Shown here one piece after another: positions 54,432 through 64,000 of a DNA stretch of 64,000 nt. Source of the stretch: Glycera tridactyla (lineage: Eukaryota); NCBI GenBank assembly GCA_965644265.1, contig OZ286471.1:54560001-54624000 (forward strand), in the 5' to 3' direction. The notes under the pieces were generated by a model. It had not been told where the DNA came from. It saw only the letters and a program-made list of their open reading frames with translations, and did no database searches. Numbering within the stretch: position 1 is the stretch's first letter; every line of letters starts with the position of its first letter. The position numbers and the translations under genes were made by a program.

Positions 54432-55087
54432 ATATGTATTTGCTATGTCTCCATGCCTGTGTGAGATGGAGAAAGAAGGGTGGCGACAGAGAGAGAGAGA
54501 GAGAGAGAGAACTCGGTATGAAGAGGGGGAGAGAGGAAGGTGAACAGGTGAACAATCTGATGAACAGAGAGGCAGTCAGACATACCTCGCAGATAAACCG
54601 ACAAACAGAGGGACAGACAGGCAGGCGGGTGGACAGACAGACGGACAGAATGCAAAGAAAAAAGTGAAAACCACGGAGACAGGCAGGACTGAGAGAGAGG
54701 GAAGGAATTCAGAGAGGAAGAGAGTGGTACAAGGACGAAGATTGAAATGCAGTCTGCCATAGGGGAAGAATGACATTCGATGAATCAATAGCTTGATAGA
54801 TACATTGATAGGGGGATGGTATATCGTTTGCATGGCCTGTTCAGGACAGATTTTGTCAAGATGAAGCGCAGAAAAAAGGTTTGAAGTAAGAGAAAGCAAT
54901 GAGAACGATACATGAACAATGGGAATTCCGATGTCTTGAGAAGCCTCTGAGATGTTTGCATATGTCGATTGATATTCATTGATTGAGCACCATTCGATGA
55001 AGCAGTCGGGGCGAAAACATATGAGAGATAAAAGCTACATATAGCTGGGTGTTTGTGGTCTGGAGGTGCCAGCAGGTGCATGCAAAA

Positions 55088-55230
55088 CACCCACACTCAC
55101 ACACGCACATATTCGCTACTTCATACACACGTACATGCGTGATGTGCTTCACCTACACACCTACACTCACACGCACATATTCGCTACTTCATACACACGT
55201 GCATGCGTGATGCGCTTCACCTACACACCC
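55088..55230. repeat. ~70-bp tandem duplication
   Basis: CACGCACATATTCGCTACTTCATACACACGT.CATGCGTGATG.GCTTCACCTACACACC occurs twice. Confidence 0.9.
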
Positions 55231-57127
55231 ATCGACATCACGTATAAATCCCATTTGAATTTTATTAGATGACTCCCGGGTTTTCGAGCCGCAATCAATT
55301 ATGAATGCAAACTGAGTTTACTGGCAGCTTGTTTTTCCTGACTACCCCAAATTGGCCTCGTCTATCCGGATGGCATGGACTGGCACCATAGGGCCATTTC
55401 ACGGAAAGCAAGATCTATCCACTCGTAAAATCTCAGCTCCATATCAAGAGGGATGCATATAGATGATGAAACATTTCCTCTATCCATGAGTCACCTTAAC
55501 AGTCGTACAAAACAATTTCCGTGACGTGTGTGCATACATGGACATGAAGTTACACATTATCGACAATTCTGTCTCACTGAAACTAGTTTCTATGAGATAG
55601 ATGTATCGCTCTTTCAGAACTCAACCATGTCTTCTTTGCGAGGAGACACTGATTTGCACTGTAGTGGTCTATCAAAGGCTGGTCTGAGTACTACAATCCA
55701 TTATATGTCCCTCTCATGCACACTGGTATATCCTCACGAAAATCAATCGAAGTTGTTGTGGAATGAACAGTTAGGACTCAAGGACATTTCTGACATCGAG
55801 ATATCTACCCATCCATTCATGTATCCACCCACCCATACATTTATCAGTCCTTTCACCCACACCTAAATACACCCTGCCTCATATTCATGTATCTGTTTAT
55901 GCATGTTATATCCTTTTCAACTATCCATCCATCCATCAAACGATTCAACAAGCAGTTCAGCCCTATATCATTCCCCCACACTTATTCAACGATACAGCCA
56001 TTCACATATACCTCCATGCACCTATCAACTCATCCATCCATTCATTAATTTATCCAACGATTTTTTTCTTTTTCCACCCCTTCGATCAAGCCAATACTCC
56101 ATCCATTCGGCCACCCACCCGTCAACCAATTCATCCATCCACTCATGAATCGACCTATCCTTCAACCTGGTTTTCGACATGATATTAACCCATTCATCCA
56201 CAGGTGCATCTATTTCATCATCCTTCACCTTGTACTTGATTGGGACTGGTATTGAAATCCCAATAAAGCCCAGCCTCTGGGTCGATATTCACTGACTACG
56301 TGATCTCTGAAACGCGTCGCCAAGCTGTGAGAATGGGTGAGTTTGAGGGCTGCACGCATTGATCACTTTCATCATTATACTAGGTAGGCAATGAACTGTG
56401 ATAGAGGGCAAATAGCGCTTGATTGCTTCAAAATATTTGAGTAAATCAGCCACTGGTTGCCACGAGTCCCACGATGGTCATGATGAATCCCATATTAAGT
56501 GAATGCATCTTCGGAGAAAGACTTTGGCGAATTTATAGAATTCTCAAATATCTACACCATTTTTTCAACGTTTCCTCGTTTGTCCCCACATTGGTCTGCC
56601 TTAGGGTCATAGGTCAGCTTTATCCAAGTGAGCGAAACATGTAGAGATGGAGAAGACTTAACGATTGTGAGTTTTTATCAAGCAAAATAGAAAAAATCGG
56701 CATGATAATTATGGTCAAGCCAAGATATACATACAGTGACGATCGGTACCACCTTCCAAATTTATTTTGAATTAGAACAGAGTAAGAAGTGGGAATGAAA
56801 CAGGCATTTTCATGACTGGTCTGCATTCCAGGATAGCAGGATGACAGCATGGTGTTTATCCAGGCTAACGTCTGAGAACATGGACAATTAACAGAAACAT
56901 GTACCAGGGTAGCATGTTTTAGAGATTGAGGTTGCTTGCTTCAAGCACATACTCGACATTGGTAATTGCATTGCATGATTATTTCATGCTTGTGTCTCCC
57001 TTGCTTCCATCCAGGGTGGCTCTCTCTGGCCACGCTATTACGAATAAATCCTCACAGGGGGCTTTTTACTTGTACTTATCCAGGTTTGAGTGACACGAAA
57101 AATGGGTGAAAAATACACGTATGGATT

Positions 57128-57316
57128 ATGAGGGAATTAGCCAATGCGCTGATGGAAAATTTTGATTCAAGTACGATGGCTGAGCGAGCTAGGATAATGT
57201 TCTGTCATAAAACATCAGGTTTATTCGAGTTGCACGTGCATACATCTGATATACACGATTCCCAGTCTATACATCCACAATTGGGAATGTACTGGGTATT
57301 CATATCTTGCATATAG
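57128..57316 (+). pseudogene. NLR-type LRR remnant
   Basis: RELANALMENF...ARIMFCHKTSGLFELHVHTSDIHDS, the same repeat type as at 39865-40080 and ~12090-12180. Confidence 0.4.
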
Positions 57317-57354
57317 CTTCTGTCATATTTTTATTCGAAACCTTGATCCATCAG

Positions 57355-57395
<41 letters not shown>

Positions 57396-58171
57396 GCGGC
57401 TGTAGCACCATTATTCGATGCAGGCGGCGCTCTGTTCTATCAAGCCATTTAAGGATGTCACCGTTGNNNNNNNNNNNNNNNNNNNNNNNNNNNNNNNNNN
57501 NNNNNNNNNNNNNNNNNNNNNNNNNNNNNNNNNNNNNNNNNNNNNNNNNNNNNNNNNNNNNNNNNNNNNNNNNNNNNNNNNNNNNNNNNNNNNNNNNNNN
57601 NNNNNNNNNNNNNNNNNNNNNNNNNNNNNNNNNNNNNNNNNNNNNNNNNNNNNNNNNNNNNNNNNNNNNNNNNNNNNTCATCATCATCATATTCATCATA
57701 GTCATCATCGTCATCTTACTTAGAATATCAGAATTGCACTTCTCCAGAACATCCCAAATGTTGCCGGAAACATAGACTCGCACTTTTTTGACGAACCCCC
57801 TCATTCATGTCGGCATTAATTGTGCCTGGAGGACATGACAGTTTGGAGTGAGCCTCTCATCCGCGATCTCCCTTCTCACAGTATTCATTGATTGGCTTGC
57901 CGGGCCTACTCGCTGACTAATGGCCAACAAGGTGATTGAATTAGATGGGCCTACCCAGTCGGCCCCTTATGGGGCCAATCTGCTACCAGCACCTGCTGTA
58001 TCTAGACACCATATCTAGAAATGCTCTACTAGCTAGCAGTTCTACTATTCCATTCCTGATATAAAAGCTGGGCTTCTTAAAAATCCCATGGCGAAGGTGT
58101 TTTCCTAACTCTGATACTCTTGTTCGTTCAGGCTACCTCATGGACGAAGGAGGAAATGCCATTTCGGATAT

Positions 58172-58396
58172 ATGGGATCATGTCTGGCTACGACATCCAC
58201 GATCTATAGCATAGAAATACATAGAACGATGTACATCAAATCTCCGATTGACTCCATATCGAGGAGAATCCTCTGGTATCCTGCACAGTATTTCAACATC
58301 AAGGTTAAACAGGCTCATCTGATGTCTCATTCTTTTTTTGCTGGGAATGAGCATAGCTTAAATTTTACTTATTTCCAGCTCCAAGAAAATACATAA
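58172..58396 (+). pseudogene. Possible NLR-type LRR remnant
   Basis: ATTSTIYSIEIHRTMYIKSPIDSISRRILWY. Confidence 0.3.
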
Positions 58397-59291
58397 CCCC
58401 TGTATATCGTCGCCAAGCATATTTGGTTTTTCCTGTTTGAAGCTATCAATTCCAGGAGAGCGCTATTCGACAAGAAACTGCTTGGTGATAATGTGTTGGA
58501 ACTATTGCCGCGTAGAGGAACCATAGCGACTCCTTAGTACTACAGACACGCAATTAGGACATAAAAGATTATGGCGAAATAATGAGGTTCTCATTAGTCA
58601 CTGATAAAGAGGAGATCATCCTCGACGTAAATCATGTGTATTCTGACATAACATATCACTTACTACTGCCTGCCTGAATATACAAGCAGGAAGACTTCAC
58701 AAGATTGTGAGCGTGTTACAACCTGATGAGGAGCTCAACGTTAGATGCATTATCGCAATATAATGGCAATTTGGATGAAGAAACATATCCCTTCATCTAT
58801 TCAATCAACTCTCTATCTCTCTCTTTTTCTCTCCCTCTATCTCCCTCCCTCTATCTTTCTCTATCCATCTATCTCTCCNNNNNNNNNNNNNNNNNNNNNN
58901 NNNNNNNNNNNNNNNNNNNNNNNNNNNNNNNNNNNNNNNNNNNNNNNNNNNNNNNNNNNNNNNNNNNNNNNNNNNNNNNNNNNNNNNNNNNNNNNNNNNN
59001 NNNNNNNNNNNNNNNNNNNNNNNNNNNNNNNNNNNNNNNNNNNNNNNNNNNNNNNNNNNNNNNNNNNNNNNNNNNNNNNNNNNNNNNNNNNNNNNNNNNN
59101 NNNNNNNNNNNNNNNNNNNNNNNACCTCGTCAGGTGCATTATACATGCAAAAGCAGCTCACTCTCAGAATACTTTTAGCATAGGCTGTCACTCTCAAGAT
59201 AAGGTGAAGGCTGCGATCATCTCTGGGAGAGAGAGAGAGGGAGTTGATGGGAGAGACAGAGAAAGGAAAAGAGTAAGACAGATCGGGAGAA

Positions 59292-59343
<52 letters not shown>

Positions 59344-60519
59344 CGAGCTGACAAGGCACTCATGGAAACGCAAATTGAACTTTTTTTGTGGCGTCATGTA
59401 TGTTATGGGTATATGGATGGTAGGTCAGAACATGATACTGACATTTCTGACTGGTCACACCACTGATCAATCATTTTGAGCTCAGCAGTCAATGTCAGTC
59501 GGCACAAGTAGGCAGGTATCATCGGAAGACAGGGGGGTCCGTCCGAGTAAGCATAGGCAAGCAGATGACGTATTGCCCACCCTCTTGGGGCCACTCGGGA
59601 TGATTTGTTACCAATTTGACTCACTCATTACCACCACCTTTAGCACAGATTTTCATCTGTGGGCCGGTCAGTAATAAGAGAATGTGGTCCTTATAACAGC
59701 TCACTGAATTCCGAGTAGGTCTGAAGGAGAGGCGGGGTTTGAATCACAATCCGTCAAGGGTGTCATCACCAAATTCGAATGAGTGATGTGGGTAAGGAGA
59801 GGTTCACGATTTAGAGATATCGGACAGTGATCTCAAGCTCGACTGTGCTTGGAGAACAACCAGACCGCTGAATGTGCCATTCGTGGTGTTTTATAGCCCT
59901 GATATACGTCCACATATAAAATGATGCCCTCACAATTTTCAATGTTTGTGTATTTCAATCGTTATGTAATGACTGTTAATAAACGTTGCTCAGGGTAGTT
60001 CGATTCAACGTCAGCATCAGATTATTGTCATGGGCTGCTTCGGTATTATACCCGTGCAATGACCATGTCTGTCGTTATTCGAGATGTTTCTCTTACACGC
60101 CAATGGAAGGACAAATGATACAAAATGAAAAGCAGGAAATATGTCATATCGGAGTAGAATGCAACACAGGAGCTAGAAGGTGACCATTGTAGATAGTGGA
60201 ACGCCGACAACTTACCATCTTTGCATGCTAGTACAGAGTCTTCGAGTATTCCTGATGTAATGTCAATAGCGTAGCAGTGGTCATATATGTCTAGTATATG
60301 ACCGGTGTGATATTCGCAATTGTCAACATGCACATACATGATTTTGAATTCGAATCTGAGTATCACTTGTTTCCAGGTGTCTAGATACAAATTATATTAT
60401 CAGTTCATGTATTCTGTGACATTCTTCTCATATATCATTTGCATGATCTGTGTCCTGTCCAATATGTGCTTCGACTATGTAATGCTGATAATATGTTATG
60501 AATGTATCATGGTTAAAAA

Positions 60520-62560
60520 CGATGAAAGTTATAAAACAAAGACTCCTGAACGCCTGTTCGAAAGATCCATCTTTGAGATCCCTAAAAGATATTCTATGCG
60601 ATGAATTGAATCGAGGATTTGGATGATGCATGATCTATATGTGATCCAACATTCCCCTTTGCGATGTGACCATGCATATCTCGATCAGGTATTTCACCGA
60701 GGGTCATCTGCTATTCCTATTTTCTGTTATGACCACTGATTCGACATTTCATGCGCCAGCGTCAACAACTCCCAAATTTTCAGGTCCAGTGCATATGTTG
60801 AGACTGCTGTCTCCGACAATATTTCAGATGTCTTACCGAAATACTTCTCGCACTTTATATCTATTCCATTGCATTCTTGTCATGGTATCGTTTTGTCAAT
60901 GTCAACTCTGTTCTGGGGTTCTGCGATACTGCGGTACTGCGCTCTCGGACTCGATAGTCTTGGGGGCAAAACAAATTTCAATCAATTTGTTCTGCGTACA
61001 AGCCCTTTCTGCACGCTGTATGATTATTCTAACATTTGATTTCCTATCATATGACGCACAAACCAGAACAGTATTGGGGCTCTTGCATGGCAGTTGTCCA
61101 AGCTCTTACTTGACAGTCATCCGAATAACTATCGCTGCGGCCGATTGAAGATTAAATTTCAATCATCAGTCCATCATATATGTATATAAATTCCACGACT
61201 GATCTGAGCAACCTGACTTTCCGTTGGTATTTCATTCATGTGGGTAGTCCATATTACCGCTCAATATTTGGCTTGTTGCATGAGTTTGGCCCGTCACTGG
61301 AATAATTTTGTATATTGAACACTCCAATGACTAATTTAGATGTAAGGTGGCCCAGAGGTGCCATCAAATGCAATTACGTAACTTTACTGCACATTCGCAC
61401 CACGGTGAAAGTAATACCAGCATGATGGTAATTGATTCACACAACATCGTATACGTTCATACCACACTTGATATGTTTGTACTACGATTTCAATGTTTGC
61501 ACTCTGATTGAAATGTCCAAACCGCGGTGCAAATGTTTCACTGGAGAAATCATCTGAATTTCATTTGAAAATTCTGAAATCGTCTTCGGGTATTGCTATT
61601 CTTACTAACAACCGTTCGTTGACGGAATCTAACATATATTCTATTCATTATCATCCACACCATCACCACCACCACGAGCGCCACCGCCGTCACTTACACA
61701 ACCACCACTATCACCACCATTGTGGTCATTGATATCGGAATCTAATTTACAATATAATCATCATTGTCACAACCACCACCGTCACCTGCACCATCGCCAT
61801 CACGAACTCGACAACCATCACTTGCACGACCACTATCATCAACACAATCCCCAGCACCACCATCTGCATGACCGCCATCACTAACACGACCACCACCACA
61901 TCCGTCATCGTCTTGATCGGAATTTATCTTAATGCATCCGTCTGTGGAGAGTTTGGAAAGGAACCTGGTGAAATACTCAGGCATGGCAAAAAAACAAGAA
62001 TAGCAGAAGAAATCTTTCAAGTGAAAAGTGCGATATTGTGAAATCCGTCCAAAATACGTTGAATTTGTTTAGTAATTAGGTGTAAATATAAGTCTACTCA
62101 ATGAAATCTCGTGTGAGTTCCCCTAACAAGATCTTCCCGAGTTGTAATCATTCTGGTGGTGAAAGGGTAGGAGAAGAGATCAGCTAACTGAATCAGCTGG
62201 CGGTGAACTTACTCAAGGGGGCTGCCAAATGCGAGAAAGTCATTTGAATTCCCCATCTGATGAGACATGCTCCTCTGAAATCTTGAGACAAGCCCAGGGC
62301 CTCTCAACGCCGCACAAATGTTCAACTTTTGTAAGCCTTTCTGAGGAATCTCAAAAAGGGTCTTAAGTTGTCGTTGCATGTAAATAATATATTGGACACA
62401 CATACTTTAAAAGAGGAACAGCTCGGGGAAAATTGTCCAGCTTTCCATCCCTTTTGACGTCTGGACGTCCTCTGACTTTGTTGAGAGGGTGTGGCTTTAT
62501 AAGCTTCATAAATTTCGTCCTGGTGAGATGTACCAACCGGCACATCTCCCTCTCAACAGT
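60520..62560 (+). pseudogene. Decayed multi-segment LRR coding remnant
   Basis: DPSLRSLKDILCDEL; the 160-aa ORF 60666-61148 (longest gap-free, non-repeat ORF); HLKILKS...ILTNNRSLTESNIYSI (from 61508); LTQGGCQM; HTLKEEQLGEN. Confidence 0.4.
61640..61910. repeat. Degenerate (CAC/CAT)n low-complexity tracts
   Basis: Direct reading. Confidence 0.8.
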
Positions 62561-63179
62561 GTCACAAAAATATACATGTAATATTCAGACATATGCATCG
62601 GGTCGTATACACGAGAGCACGTAATCGAATACATCTTTCAGCTCAGAAAAAAAAAAAAAATTGGCGGCCGGTAGTTCGATATGTTATTATGTTCCCAGAC
62701 CTGTCACCTATCAAGGTAACAGCATTGCACCACAGGTGTCGTCGGGTACAAAACAGATACATGCATTAGCTGCATTCATCGAACACCTTTTCGTCAATCG
62801 ATGTATCATATCGGACTTGTTGGGAAGACAGATAACGCAGAAGAAGTAACAGAGTATGTGTGAGTACTTGTGACAGCCTACGTTCTCTAAAAATGACAGT
62901 CGGTGCCATATTATAGACATAATAGATACAGACTTTCTACTAGATAATCATTGCACGATCGTTATCTCTCTGATGTTTTTTTTGAAGACATTCGCACTAG
63001 TGGCATCTTTAACAGTTCTGGGGAGACCATTATAGAGTCGGGCACCCCTCACACTCAATCTCCGGTCAGCAACGATGTGTGAATCCACCAAGTGATGTCA
63101 AGATTGGGGATGTAGTAGAGTATAGAGGGTCATACAAAATATGCATATTGTCGTCCTTCGACCTTATTTGATGCACTGA

Positions 63180-63790
63180 GAGTTGTTGTGCCACCAGTAA
63201 ATGTTTCCACGAGCTCAGAAATATTGAGGTAATCCGAGGACAAGTGGGCATGATTGAACTCATCATTCAGAAAACCATTGATCATTTCTAGAAATACGTG
63301 CGCTGAGACAGTCCTTGCATGACACCTGTCAAGAAATCTCAGATAATTAGTTCAGAATATACGAGGAGCTCTTCCGCACCTGGATGAATGCTATCAACGT
63401 AACATTTACTTCAATATGGGAAGGTCAGCACATGGACATCAAACAATAACACGGTCGATCATGACTCAGTGGATACTAATGCCCTACAATCACTGCAACT
63501 TCACTGCGCTGATTTCAATGTGTGTTTGCGTGAGCTATCGCTCATCCCTAACACTCACAATCCATGAGCATAACAAACGGAAATAGCTGACATGCACGAC
63601 AAATTGATGGCATATCTAACTCTGTTACGATCAGAGACCAACCATTCTGAAAGAAGCTGTGAAATGCTTTTTGAAGCGGAGCCAATGCTAAGGCGGAACA
63701 ATGAATGCATTAGGATCTGGATCACAATAAAGCAATATATGACTCATGAGTGGTCAGATTTAACCAGTTTGATAATGATATGAAGCATGT
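63180..63790 (+). pseudogene. Decayed LRR coding remnant
   Basis: CFHELRNIEVI, TNALQSLQLHCADFNVCLRELSLIPN and WSDLTSLIMI, with intervening stops. Confidence 0.4.
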
Positions 63791-64000
63791 GTTTGAGTTG
63801 AGGTACGATGCAATCAGTCTTCTTGAAAAGCCAGCCTCAATCTTGTGTACACTCTACCTACATTAATACGCAATGCCCTGGACGAGTCATCAGCCACCTA
63901 CACTCCAAAGAAGAACAACAGAAGACTATAGTCAAGCAAGACGAACATCATGCTTCAGATAGAAGCATAGCGTAGGTGATTACACGCTGGTGAGTTGATG

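Noticed and set aside
58715-58750. Second hammerhead-like string CCTGATGAGGAGCTCAACGTT
   Set aside because: It lacks the GAAA core and has no stem I pairing.
801-59479. Long ORFs containing X runs (e.g. 12996-13927, 26841-27220, 29812-30228, 46203-47053, 57331-57804, 58726-59479)
   Set aside because: They stay open only because they cross N gaps and microsatellites.
1-64000. tRNA, rRNA or snRNA genes
   Set aside because: No cloverleaf with intact A and B boxes and no recognisable rRNA or snRNA sequence seen by eye. tRNAscan-SE or Infernal would be needed to exclude degenerate SINE heads.

Overview
This is eukaryotic (animal) draft-assembly DNA, moderately AT-rich, with eight N gaps (837-992, 13162-13353, 13623-13824, 26933-27142, 29903-30078, 46340-46521, 57467-57677, 58879-59123). 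I find no intact protein-coding gene, rRNA, tRNA or CRISPR array, and nothing prokaryotic. Much of the non-repetitive DNA, on both strands, translates into stop- and frameshift-riddled leucine-rich-repeat peptides (e.g. LDLGENDL, MDFSGNSL, FTTLHELSLY). These look like a field of decayed NLR-type innate-immune receptor genes, with a few C-type-lectin-like remnants. That pattern suggests an echinoderm or related invertebrate deuterostome, which is inference from manual translation and not a database result. The structurally clear elements are: (i) a foldback-type transposon (505-2050) with inverted arms of 21-bp palindrome-containing repeats and a target-site duplication; (ii) a Penelope-like terminal repeat with a candidate minimal hammerhead ribozyme (21908-21947); (iii) a (CCATA)n composite satellite carrying nested non-autonomous DNA elements, one with a TA duplication and empty-site paralogues next to it; (iv) a 1.66-kb inverted-repeat element with eight GTTACAACAC motifs; (v) several small palindromic MITEs, SINE-like fragments, mini- and microsatellites. 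Pseudogene boundaries are approximate.
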